Source: a virus (taxonomy: Duplodnaviria; Caudoviricetes). Taken from it: a stretch of DNA of 64,000 nucleotides. This document shows positions 37,117 through 46,038 of the stretch, piece after piece (the stretch's first letter is position 1; the number at the start of each line of letters is the position of its first letter). Both the position numbers and the translations under genes were made by a program. The notes under the pieces are model-generated. The model did not search any database. It was not told the origin of the DNA and saw nothing but the letters and a program-made list of their open reading frames with translations. The stretch covers positions 46,583 through 110,582 of the IMG/VR virus record IMGVR_UViG_3300033067_001837; one strand, given 5' to 3'.

Positions 37117-39546
37117 TTACACCATCGGTGGCAGTCCTTCATCAACTTGCAGGGCATTCTTCTGTAGCGCCCCGTTCTGAGAGATGAATTTCATCAGCAG
37201 GTCAGCCTCTTGCTGCGCGGCCTTTCGATTTAAATCCGAAGCTGTCACCGCATTTTTGCGTTCCAGGTCAGCCGCCGTTACCGCATCCCGCCGCCGAATC
37301 TCCGCTCGCACCCGTTCTTCTTCCATCGCAGCACGTCGAGCCGCTTCAGTCTCTTGCGGATCAGGGCCGGGTTTCTCTTCCGGGCGAATTGTCTGAGCCG
37401 CCGCTGCTGCTGCTTGAGAAATCTGCGCCTCGACTTCGGGTGGGACTTCCTGATCAGGTAGCTGAACACCCTGTTGCGCCAGCGCCTGCTGATACTGAAT
37501 GCGGGTCTTCTCAGCAATGTGACGGGCAACGTGATCAAGCAGCGTTTCTTCAATCCGCATCCGCTTTGCGGAGCCTTTTGCGCCGGTATCGAGTTGACTA
37601 ATGCGCGGAATCATATCCAAATGCACAGCGATATGCGCGTCATGCAGTTGATCAGGAAACACCTGAACGGGTTCGCCGGACAAAATCGCGGAATTCTCAC
37701 TGACTGGATCAAGCCTAGGGATCGGCTTCTCGGTCGGCATAAACCGCTCAGGATTTTGCACACGTATTGCCTGGAGCATATCCATGTGAACCGCCCGCAT
37801 GTCATACAAATCTGGTCGAGAGTTCGCCAAATCCAAAACCGCTTGGCTCATGGCGATTCGGTGACTGGATGAGACGATGTTTGGATTTGAAACCGGAATC
37901 ACATCCACCCGCTCATCAAAATCTTCCGACATGACGACCATGTCTTGACCGGGGATGGAGTACGGATAGCTTTCCGGCATCGACTCGTAGCACAGTTCCG
38001 CGAACCGATGCAGTTCTTGCTGCTGACTACGATGCAGGCGCATGTGAATCGCGCTCATCACCTTCAAGCCCTGTTCAATCAGCGCCAGGGTAGTGCCTAC
38101 CGGGCCGTTGTTGTTTGCGTCACCCACCAGAACCTCGGTAGCGCCACCCATACGCCGCCCCAGTTGATCCAGCAGGCCAAGCAAATTGAATAATACCGGA
38201 CTCGGTTCCTTATAGGGCAGCGGGAAGAAAGCTTTACTGAGTTCTTCTATCGTGGACTCGACTTGTTTCCACTCGCCAGGAGATACCGTAGTATCTTTAC
38301 CGCTCAACTTGGCGTCCCGACTGCGATAACCCCCTTGCAGGTTCGCAAACTGCGCTGAATCCAGCAGCGCCCGCAGCGCTCCAGTCGCCGAACGAGTCAA
38401 TCCGCCCATTACATGCAGCAGGCCAAACCCATAGAAGCCTAATCCGGGAAGGAACTTGTAATGCACGACATGCTGCTTGGGTGTACGGGTCGAGTCGTCC
38501 TCTTTCCAGTTCCGATAGATCGCCAGCACCTTCTGCTGTTCTTTTTCGACATGGACAACATAAGGTGATTCCAGACCATCCTCTTCATCAAATCCCTTCA
38601 GCTTCAGGTAACAGGTCTGTTCCAGAATCACATGGCGCTGTGAGCTATCGTCCCAGGTCAACGGACTGCGCGAATCCGCCGCATCCTCTTCTTCACGCAG
38701 CGTCATATCGGTCTGAAAATCCTCATCTGAGGGTTCAAACAACTTTATATCCCGATAGAACCCGGAACGTTGCAGCTTGCGCACGTCGTTGTGAATCATG
38801 CGCAAAACGTGGGTCGTTCGTGGAGCGGACTCCAGGGAATCGCAATGATAGGGCACTACAAAATCGCTGGGGTGAATCAGTTGTCTGGAAATCTTCTGCT
38901 TGATCGGGCACCAATACAGCTTAATGAACGCCGAACCTGATAGCGGCAGGCGGAACAACATCTGGTCGGTGATCGAGAAGGCATCCTTCATCTCAATCGT
39001 ATAAGCGTAATTGATATAATCCTGGACGCGCTTGGCCTGACTTTCCTTCTCGGGACTGAGTTCACCCATCACTACTGTCTTGCAGGGGCCGTTAGAGGGC
39101 CAAATCTCTGACAGGGCGCGCGACTGGAACTGTAAGGTGGCTTCCATCATTAGTGGGTGAACGACCTCACTAGCACCGTCAAAACTAGCCCCACCTTCAA
39201 CGTTCTCCGAGACACCCAGGAGACGAATCCCCATCGCTTCACGTTCAAACCAGTCTTTGCGCGACTGTTGATCCCAGTCAAATCGCTGAATCACGTCATC
39301 AGCAATTCGGGAGAGTTCGGATTCATCCATCTCCAGCGCCAAATTTTCATCAAATGCGCCCGTACTTCCGGCAGGAAGCAGGTCGCCCATCAGCGCCTGC
39401 TCTTCATCAGTCAATATCTCCATCCCACCCTGTTCCATGAGCGCGAACAACCCAGCCATAGCAGGGTCTTCTGGGGCTGGAACCGGAACGGGGAGAGCGG
39501 ATTCGAGGGTGGGTTGTTCTATCAGTTCTTCAGCCAAGATGACCAT
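37117..39546 (-). CDS. Portal protein
   Basis: F.GAS.VVHPL..EA..QFQ.RA..E..P..GP; LPLSGSAF.K; Y.FLPG.GFYG.GL.H; LPYKEPS.VL; PVGTTLAL.EQG.KVMSAIH.RLH. Confidence 0.9.
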   Translation of the reverse strand: MVILAEELIEQPTLESALPVPVPAPEDPAMAGLFALMEQGGMEILTDEEQALMGDLLPAGSTGAFDENLALEMDESELSRIADDVIQRFDWDQQSRKDWFEREAMGIRLLGVSENVEGGASFDGASEVVHPLMMEATLQFQSRALSEIWPSNGPCKTVVMGELSPEKESQAKRVQDYINYAYTIEMKDAFSITDQMLFRLPLSGSAFIKLYWCPIKQKISRQLIHPSDFVVPYHCDSLESAPRTTHVLRMIHNDVRKLQRSGFYRDIKLFEPSDEDFQTDMTLREEEDAADSRSPLTWDDSSQRHVILEQTCYLKLKGFDEEDGLESPYVVHVEKEQQKVLAIYRNWKEDDSTRTPKQHVVHYKFLPGLGFYGFGLLHVMGGLTRSATGALRALLDSAQFANLQGGYRSRDAKLSGKDTTVSPGEWKQVESTIEELSKAFFPLPYKEPSPVLFNLLGLLDQLGRRMGGATEVLVGDANNNGPVGTTLALIEQGLKVMSAIHMRLHRSQQQELHRFAELCYESMPESYPYSIPGQDMVVMSEDFDERVDVIPVSNPNIVSSSHRIAMSQAVLDLANSRPDLYDMRAVHMDMLQAIRVQNPERFMPTEKPIPRLDPVSENSAILSGEPVQVFPDQLHDAHIAVHLDMIPRISQLDTGAKGSAKRMRIEETLLDHVARHIAEKTRIQYQQALAQQGVQLPDQEVPPEVEAQISQAAAAAAQTIRPEEKPGPDPQETEAARRAAMEEERVRAEIRRRDAVTAADLERKNAVTASDLNRKAAQQEADLLMKFISQNGALQKNALQVDEGLPPMV

Positions 39547-39559
39547 AAAGTCTCTCTAT

Positions 39560-39573
39560 CCGTCTCACGACGG
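39560..39573 (-). promoter_or_regulatory. Conserved leader hairpin CCGTC-GTGA-GACGG
   Basis: 13 nt upstream of the portal ATG. Confidence 0.6.
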
Positions 39574-39762
39574 TTTTGGTGGATCAAGTTCTACGCCAGC
39601 AACCAGTGCGGCGATGCGTTGGAGTTGAGCCGCTAAATCCTGGCTACGATCCGGGAGCGACTGCTGATCCAGTTGTTTAAGCCAGGAATGGAGCGATTGA
39701 GAGCGTGCCCGATGGGGGAAAAGGTGAATCCGGGATTGAACCCGTTGGAATCGTGCGTTCAT
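39565..39762 (-). CDS. Hypothetical protein
   Basis: 65 aa ORF between TerL and portal; overlaps its neighbour. Confidence 0.35.
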   Translation of the reverse strand: MNARFQRVQSRIHLFPHRARSQSLHSWLKQLDQQSLPDRSQDLAAQLQRIAALVAGVELDPPKPS

Positions 39763-39976
39763 CAGATACCTGTTGATTGAAGCGTTCTTGAATGCTCTGC
39801 ACTATATCAAATAATTCCTGGAGGTCTTCCGCATTATTCATATCCAGCAACCTCAGACGGGCTGTTAGATTTATTAGATCGCCTTGTAATTCATTCGTGC
39901 GGCGCTCCAGTTGTTTGAAGAGTTTTAAAGCTTCGCAGTCGCATTTTTTCAATTCAGGAATTCCTGACGATACCAA
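39677..39976 (-). CDS. Hypothetical coiled-coil protein
   Basis: 99 aa, co-oriented. Confidence 0.45.
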   Translation of the reverse strand: MVSSGIPELKKCDCEALKLFKQLERRTNELQGDLINLTARLRLLDMNNAEDLQELFDIVQSIQERFNQQVSDERTIPTGSIPDSPFPPSGTLSIAPFLA

Positions 39977-40200
39977 CCTGAAATAAGGGAGGTGTCCTCA
40001 CAGGAGGTATTAGTAAACGTCATCCAGTCCTGTAACGCCCCATTTAATTCATTCGTACGCACATGACTACGAATGATCTCAACAAGAATCTCAAGTTGTT
40101 TGTCGCGAGAAGTCCGATCTAAAGACGGATTCAGTGAGCGATTGAGGATTTCTTGCAGTGTCTTGGAAAACTGTGCGGCGCGAGCGGGATCATTAACCAT
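39949..40200 (-). CDS. Hypothetical protein
   Basis: 83 aa overlapping the TerL stop. Confidence 0.45.
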   Translation of the reverse strand: MVNDPARAAQFSKTLQEILNRSLNPSLDRTSRDKQLEILVEIIRSHVRTNELNGALQDWMTFTNTSCEDTSLISGWYRQEFLN

Positions 40201-43200
40201 AAGCAGCTTTTCTCGGTTTTAAGCGTTTAACATTACTGGGGAGTTCTTCTTCTTTCTCGGCGTCTACGTCAGCGGAGTTGCGCACCAACCATGAATTCGT
40301 CAACCAGATAAACGCTTGAGAAATCGTATCGGCGGTGTCATTGGGATTACCGGGTCGAAAGGTACACATCTCGTCAATCACATCTTCCGCCCATTTCCGA
40401 TCTGGATAATAAACCCGACCGTTCTCAAACAAAGACTGTGCTCGATAGGCACGAGCAATCTTATCATGTTCGGGGTTAAACGCATGAATCGGCAATCCTG
40501 CCTTTCTTAAATCCTGCACCAGAGAGATACCGGAGGATTTCTTTTCGATAATAATCTTGTCTGGACTGTATTCTCGATAAGCAGCTAATGCCTCTTTCCG
40601 TAGAGCCGAATAATCTACCTGTCCTTTCCAACGTTCCAGCAAGATCACGTTCGCATAATCTTCATCGGCATGTTGAAACACACCCCACGTTGTGCGGGCG
40701 CTAAAAGAATTTGCCTTAATGTCCTGTTCGGTATAGGCAGTATCCCAGGATTGAATAATATAACTGCATTCAGGAAGTGGTTTGCTGTCGGGCCATTTCT
40801 TCCACCAACCGCGCCGGAAGATTTCACCCTCTTCAACGAACGGCTTTTGTTGATAAAGAGCTTCCCAATCTCGCGCTGGGAGGGTGCGGCGAATCTTCTC
40901 CAGTTCTTCTATCGGGTAACGCTCTGGCCACAGCGCCTCGCCTTTCTCGTTAATGGCGGGTAAGTCCAGATGTATCCAGTTTTCGTGACGATGTTCTTTA
41001 AGTAACCAACCCGCCAAATCCTCAAGTTGCCACCGAGTCTGACAGACAATAATAGAACCACTATCCATTAAACGAGTGTAGGCAACGCTCGTATACCAGT
41101 CTTTGAGTTTGCGGCGACTTGACTCCGAGTCACTGATTTCTCTCGATTTTATAGGATCATCTACGATTAAACAGTTTTTTACAACCAGGGGCGTCCCCTG
41201 GTCTGTCAGTGCTACGAAATTATGGTGTTCAAAAACCTCTATGTCATACACTTCGACTAAATCGTTGTATACAGGCTCAACCATGCAAATGATGGCCGTC
41301 CCAACTTGTGAACCCTCATGTGGCAGGAATGGCAAATAGTCACCATATTCTCCATTACATTGTTTGCTGGATTCTGGTCGATATGATGGATATGAAGAGT
41401 CTCCGTTGCATGGCAAGCCACACACCGCGACCCATCTCTCGCTAGAATCTCCGGTGTCATCCTCCTTAATGTACCTCGATCTATTTCCGTTCCGTCTTGA
41501 TAATTCGAGTTGTTCTCTCCCATCATTCTTGTTGAATGACCCTTGTCTGCACATTCCTTTGAGCAATACCATATTCCCGTCCTTCCCCGTTTCTTCGCAT
41601 ACTCCATTTCCCTTCGATCCTTCATAAACTCCTTCTGGTATTTCTAGCATTTCGTAGGCAAGTATATTCTGGCCTGCCGTAAGCGATTGGGCTTCGATGT
41701 AGCCGACCCCTGCAATGTAAAATGGGTGTTCTGGTGTGCAGGTGATTGACCCTCTGTTAGTGACAACTCTAACAAGCTCATGTGATTTTCTCCGAGATAC
41801 GGCCACAATCGGCGACCAAACAAACGCATTGTTCTTTTCAGAAAACGACAATGCCATTACCGGAGAATTATATCTTAATATATCGGAAATATATATAATA
41901 CCATGACTTGTTAATATCTTTGTGTCTCCTGGTAGACAATTTGCGCCACGACCCGTGAGCGCCCCGCCGACACCGACTGCGAAGTAGCCACCTGTTTTCG
42001 GATGCGCCAGATTGAATTTATCGACAGCCGCCGAGTCTTCGGCCAGTTTCACGTCAGGAAAGATTTCTTGAAACAGCGGATCAGCGATTTGGTTGCGGAC
42101 TTTTCGTCCAAAGTCAGAGGCGAGGTCTTGCCCGTAGGAAGCCGCGATCACTCGTTTATCGGGGTTGCGTCCTAAATACCAGGCCGGAAAATACTCACTT
42201 AGGAGCATGGAATTGTGGGTAGGGATTAGGGTTCGACCTACAAGGTAGAGGCCGTCTGGAGAATCGACTTGAATACACTTACCTTGCTCACCGTTGGGCT
42301 GATAAATAACCTCAGTAATCGCCAACCTTCTACGATCAATGGCTATCCAGTCGATTTGCTTCCTTGGAATTTTTGTTGGAATATCCAGTGTCGGCTGAAA
42401 TCCAATATAGAAAACCGGCCTTTTTCCTACAATCCCACTACTGCTTGTGCAGGGCTGCTGTTCAGTAACATAAGGTCGTTGCCCAAGTCCTGTTAGTAGA
42501 TCAACAATGGCGTCTTTAAGTATAACCGACACCGTAGAAATACGAACCCGCCCGGTTGAACGCTCAACATGTCCATCAGTATCAATCAGTCCTGCCAGCA
42601 AATCCAAGCGTTGATCTAACGATGACCGAAGATAAATTTCCGGTATATTCTTTTCACCAAGAATTCTCAGTTCTCGCAGGGTTTGTCTAATACCTTGCCA
42701 ACCAAACCCAACACTAACAACACCTGTTGTTGCATGAGTGTTTTCGCTGGTCACCACAAACCCGCGCCGTTCGATCTCTTCTCTCGGCTCACGATCCTTT
42801 GGATGATAAACAAAATCTGATCCAGTAGATGTCCCGTCGCCCAACCAGACTCCCAGAAAATAAGGGTCTAATGGAAGATCGGCGTGATCAAACAACACTG
42901 AGCTAGTATCTGGTAGCTTAAATCTATAGTGATAACCACGTTTCCCAACCGGCCCGTGTCCTGGAGGTTGGGAAAAAAGATACTGAGTTTCTACCACGCG
43001 CCACTGGTGCATAAGGCGATCAAAAACCCGCCATTCGTGTCTAGCGTGACAACGGATGGTTTCTCCAGAAGTTGTTTTAACCAAAAAATCATCTTGGTGA
43101 GTTTCAAACATATCACCACTCGATATAGATTCCGCCAGCACCTCAACCGGATTGCCGGATGGATGAAAAACAAAGTCGCCAACCTTGAGTTCGCCGTGTG

Positions 43201-43798
43201 TTTTCCAGCCATCCATCGTTAAAACTGGGGTACTGTGGGCACATTCCTTTCCGTGCCTCGGTGGAACCGTGATCATCAACCGCTTAATCTCTCCCCGCTC
43301 CACTCGCTCCAGGTACTGCGCGATCAGACGATGATGCGTAGCAGGTTCATAGTTCGCCCACTGCAAGCAGGCGTAGGACAATAGGGCATCGTGCGCGAAC
43401 GCCACCGCAGGATCACCGTCCACAATAATAGGAGGGTCTTGAATCGGGACGCCAGCCCTCATGCGTTTAATGATGGTGTGCCGCTTCTTGATCGACTTCC
43501 TGAGCGCTGCATCGCCCTTGCGCCCCACAGGATTTAAACACCCGCAGCTTTTACGTTTATTGTTCTGTAAGGCATAGGCTGACACCTCGCACAGCGTCCC
43601 GCAGTCGCACCAGCACTTCCAGTACACCCGCCCCTCCGTATGATGCGAAAAGGCGTATACCGTCAGGTGATGAATGTTCTTCCCGCGCATATCAAGAATG
43701 CGATGATTCTTGATCAGGGTTGTTTCAATCTCGGGGCAGGGAACCGGGTTCGGTTGCGGTTCGCGTTCGCGTTTAGGTCTCGGCTGTTTCTTGATCAT
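40193..43798 (-). CDS. terL: Terminase large subunit with two inteins and an N-terminal Cys-rich extension
   Basis: Walker A PPRHGK|S; TGRGAN|CLIVDDP (Walker B); QTRW..EDLAG; LWPE; ALYQQ.P; IQSWDTA; IEKKSSG; D..D..SQA. Confidence 0.93.
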   Translation of the reverse strand: MIKKQPRPKREREPQPNPVPCPEIETTLIKNHRILDMRGKNIHHLTVYAFSHHTEGRVYWKCWCDCGTLCEVSAYALQNNKRKSCGCLNPVGRKGDAALRKSIKKRHTIIKRMRAGVPIQDPPIIVDGDPAVAFAHDALLSYACLQWANYEPATHHRLIAQYLERVERGEIKRLMITVPPRHGKECAHSTPVLTMDGWKTHGELKVGDFVFHPSGNPVEVLAESISSGDMFETHQDDFLVKTTSGETIRCHARHEWRVFDRLMHQWRVVETQYLFSQPPGHGPVGKRGYHYRFKLPDTSSVLFDHADLPLDPYFLGVWLGDGTSTGSDFVYHPKDREPREEIERRGFVVTSENTHATTGVVSVGFGWQGIRQTLRELRILGEKNIPEIYLRSSLDQRLDLLAGLIDTDGHVERSTGRVRISTVSVILKDAIVDLLTGLGQRPYVTEQQPCTSSSGIVGKRPVFYIGFQPTLDIPTKIPRKQIDWIAIDRRRLAITEVIYQPNGEQGKCIQVDSPDGLYLVGRTLIPTHNSMLLSEYFPAWYLGRNPDKRVIAASYGQDLASDFGRKVRNQIADPLFQEIFPDVKLAEDSAAVDKFNLAHPKTGGYFAVGVGGALTGRGANCLPGDTKILTSHGIIYISDILRYNSPVMALSFSEKNNAFVWSPIVAVSRRKSHELVRVVTNRGSITCTPEHPFYIAGVGYIEAQSLTAGQNILAYEMLEIPEGVYEGSKGNGVCEETGKDGNMVLLKGMCRQGSFNKNDGREQLELSRRNGNRSRYIKEDDTGDSSERWVAVCGLPCNGDSSYPSYRPESSKQCNGEYGDYLPFLPHEGSQVGTAIICMVEPVYNDLVEVYDIEVFEHHNFVALTDQGTPLVVKNCLIVDDPIKSREISDSESSRRKLKDWYTSVAYTRLMDSGSIIVCQTRWQLEDLAGWLLKEHRHENWIHLDLPAINEKGEALWPERYPIEELEKIRRTLPARDWEALYQQKPFVEEGEIFRRGWWKKWPDSKPLPECSYIIQSWDTAYTEQDIKANSFSARTTWGVFQHADEDYANVILLERWKGQVDYSALRKEALAAYREYSPDKIIIEKKSSGISLVQDLRKAGLPIHAFNPEHDKIARAYRAQSLFENGRVYYPDRKWAEDVIDEMCTFRPGNPNDTADTISQAFIWLTNSWLVRNSADVDAEKEEELPSNVKRLKPRKAAYG
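41174..41938 (-). mobile_element. Intein 2 in TerL (255 aa) ending in Lys-Asn
   Basis: GAN|CLPGDTKI...CTPEHPFY...VYDIEV..HHNF...VVKN|C. Confidence 0.88.
41257..41625 (-). CDS. HNH endonuclease in an alternative frame inside TerL intein 2
   Basis: YCSKEC, GENNSNY, RDG.RC..C, LHIHHID....NN..EN.VTIC..CH...H; AAGGAG 3 nt before the ATG. Confidence 0.8.
   Translation of the reverse strand: MKDRREMEYAKKRGRTGIWYCSKECADKGHSTRMMGENNSNYQDGTEIDRGTLRRMTPEILARDGSRCVACHATETLHIHHIDQNPANNVMENMVTICHSCHMRVHKLGRPSFAWLSLYTTI
42212..43246 (-). mobile_element. Class 3-type intein in TerL Walker A (345 aa) with LAGLIDADG endonuclease
   Basis: PPRHGK|ECAHSTPV...HARHEW...KCIQVDSPDGLYL..LIPTHN|S; YFLGVWLGDG and LLAGLIDTDG. 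Confidence 0.88.
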
Positions 43799-43858
43799 GG
43801 GTTCTAAAAAAATGGCAGAGCCACAGTTCTTTTTATTATGCGAAAAACCATTGTTTTG

Positions 43859-44308
43859 TCAATCACATTGCTCAATAACCGCTTTATCGGGTTTTTCTAG
43901 CGATACCGATTTTTTCGTAGTCGATAGGGTGTTTAAACAATCAGCACCTTTAAATATCGCCAGCCCTTTCTGATAATCCCGCCATGAATACCGCCAGAGT
44001 ATTTGTGGGTTAATCATTAATCGCATATTGCGGTTTGGCTGCGATAGCTGTTTCACATAGCCTTCATCTTTCAGGATAGAGAGCGCCCGTCTGATATGAC
44101 TGACATCCATATCGGTCATCTCCCCAAGCTCCCGATAAGTCAGATTGACATAATTCATCCTACCCATCTTCGACACCAGCGCCCCAAACACCCGATGTGC
44201 TCCAGCGTTAAGCTTCGGATTCATCTGCATCGCTGTCCACTCTGTTAGGTTAGCTAACAGGTATAGACGATACGGGATAGGACTCCGATTAATTTCAAAA
44301 AGCGCCAT
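43859..44308 (-). CDS. Winged-HTH protein (RepL-like)
   Basis: LTYRELGE.T.MD.S.I.RAL..LK..GY.....MINP...W. Confidence 0.65.
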   Translation of the reverse strand: MALFEINRSPIPYRLYLLANLTEWTAMQMNPKLNAGAHRVFGALVSKMGRMNYVNLTYRELGEMTDMDVSHIRRALSILKDEGYVKQLSQPNRNMRLMINPQILWRYSWRDYQKGLAIFKGADCLNTLSTTKKSVSLEKPDKAVIEQCD

Positions 44309-44321
44309 TTTACCGCCTATT

Positions 44322-44419
44322 TAACTTATTGATTTCTAAGAAAAAACGGTTTTTTATGGATCATTTAACGCAAATATTTGGGTTAAATGTACCATAAATG
44401 ATACGTTAAGTCATTGATT
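44322..44419. promoter_or_regulatory. Two IHF consensus sites
   Basis: AATCAA-TAAG-TTA (44322-44334) and AATCAA-TGAC-TTA (44407-44419) on the minus strand match WATCAANNNNTTR. Confidence 0.6.
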
Positions 44420-44523
44420 TCAAAGGAATTTTATATTTACCTTTATGATTTAATGGGGCATCGTAGCCAACGTGGCCCATGTAGCCAGGCCGTAGGCCCT
44501 AGAGGCGTAGCCACCAAGATTAT

Positions 44524-44553
44524 TTGTAAATCTACTAACCACCTTGGTAAACT
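44524..44553 (+). promoter_or_regulatory. Promoter overlapped by 19-bp operator
   Basis: TTGTAA-18-TAAACT; operator CTACTAA-CCACC-TTGGTAA at 44532-44550. Confidence 0.55.
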
Positions 44554-44632
44554 ATAGCACAAAAATAGCAGGCTGTTCAAGGCACAGCCTGCTAGCCCCA
44601 TCCATTCACTGTCCTTTCACGGAGAACAGATC

Positions 44633-44776
44633 ATGGCTCAACGTGGCCCTAAGAAATTACCACCTGTCAAATGTACTGTCAATGGTTGCGAAACTCTAAC
44701 CAACCGAAAAACAAAAGGCGTTTACTACTGTAACCACCCCATTGATTTCATGCAAGAACGAGGATTTTTACTATGA
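44633..44776 (+). CDS. 47-aa zinc-finger-like protein
   Basis: MAQRGPKKLPPVKCTVNGCETLTNRKTKGVYYCNHPIDFMQERGFLL; GGAG RBS; below track cutoff. Confidence 0.55.
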   Translation: MAQRGPKKLPPVKCTVNGCETLTNRKTKGVYYCNHPIDFMQERGFLL

Positions 44777-45181
44777 AATCAAAAATAGGTGCGAAATGTC
44801 GAGGATATAACATATAAATACATACCCGAGGCGCGGACGGGCGGGGGGGGTCGCATCGCGCAGGCCGGGGGGTGCCCGCGCAGGCCGCCGGATCGTGTGG
44901 GCTGGCGAGATTTCACAGAGGCATCTAAACAAGAAGTGTAGGAAAATTTAGTAAACTTTTTTTATTCTGTTCGCTGGGGCAAGCGAACGGAATATATTTA
45001 TTCTCTCTATAAAGTCAGCAAAGCTTTGAGGGTAGGTCATGAACATCCTTGGCTGGATCGGAAATTTTGCCCTGTAGAAATTCACGATAATAACAATAAT
45101 CTTGAATTTCTATGCGAGCTACGCGAAATCTGGCGGGTTATCCCCTTGCTCGACTCACAGATTTCACGTACAGCGCCGTTT

Positions 45182-45850
45182 TTATTTATTCTTTTGCGCT
45201 TTCTTTATTAGTTTTTTATCCGGGCCGCTCGTTTCGGCAGTTCCGGTTATCAAAATAGGCTCATTTTTATTCGTTTCTGCCATAATCCATTCAGTAGCAA
45301 TGCGTTTTTTTTGATCTTCTGTTAAAGAAAGCGTGTGTGTGTGCTTTATTTCTCCCGAAATATCTATTTTTCGCGTATCGCCGAACATTTGTGGATTAAA
45401 TCTAGCCGCTATCCATCGTTTTGTTTCCGCCTTCAATCTGAGCAGTCCAACCTGCTCGGGCCTATCTTCTGTTTCAATATCTTCCATCATCTGTTCCACT
45501 ATCGATGTAGCGGCACAAGATCGCGCTTCGTGATAGCGTTTCGCAAAATCTGGTTTCGTGGTAATCCAGAAATGGACAGATGCAGGATCAGGCATTCCTT
45601 CGTCTCTCGCAATGCGGAGGATGGTTTCGCCAGAAGCAAGCCTAGCGATAATCTGGTCAGCGATTTGGGGGGTATAGATATAGAGTGATGAAGATCGGCT
45701 AATCTGACGTGGTTCCTGTTCCTGCTGCTGCTGCTGGCGTCGTGCGCTGTCTATTATTTTTTTCAGATTGCTACCTGGTGCGGATTTTTTAGTTTTTCTC
45801 TTTGTGGCTACAGGTACTTCCTTATGTATCGCCGTTGTTTCAGTCATCAT
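45182..45850 (-). CDS. terS: Terminase small subunit (Sf6 gp1-like)
   Basis: YTP.IAD.I..RLA.GE....I...EGMP....V..W.....F...Y.EAR; RL....KW.AA...P..FGD. Confidence 0.85.
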   Translation of the reverse strand: MMTETTAIHKEVPVATKRKTKKSAPGSNLKKIIDSARRQQQQQEQEPRQISRSSSLYIYTPQIADQIIARLASGETILRIARDEGMPDPASVHFWITTKPDFAKRYHEARSCAATSIVEQMMEDIETEDRPEQVGLLRLKAETKRWIAARFNPQMFGDTRKIDISGEIKHTHTLSLTEDQKKRIATEWIMAETNKNEPILITGTAETSGPDKKLIKKAQKNK

Positions 45851-46038
45851 TCAGTCGTTGGGTAGTTGTTGTTGTTTTTTCCCTAGTCTTTTTTTTATTG
45901 AGCGTCAATATTATTTTCTATTTATTTTCAAAAGGGGGTTGTATTCTGGTTTCTTATGGGCTAATATTCTCCTTAGTTCGTTAGGAGGTGGGTTCAGGGA
46001 AAGAGGTGATAGTTCTTTCTAGGTCTTGGAGGTGTGTA

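Noticed and set aside
402-45700. Numerous plus-strand ORFs opposite structural genes (e.g. 24511..25053, 30485..31087, 31114..31707, 39157..39636)
   Set aside because: Shadow frames with no motifs or RBS, unlike the antisense HNH at 61786, which has a full motif set.
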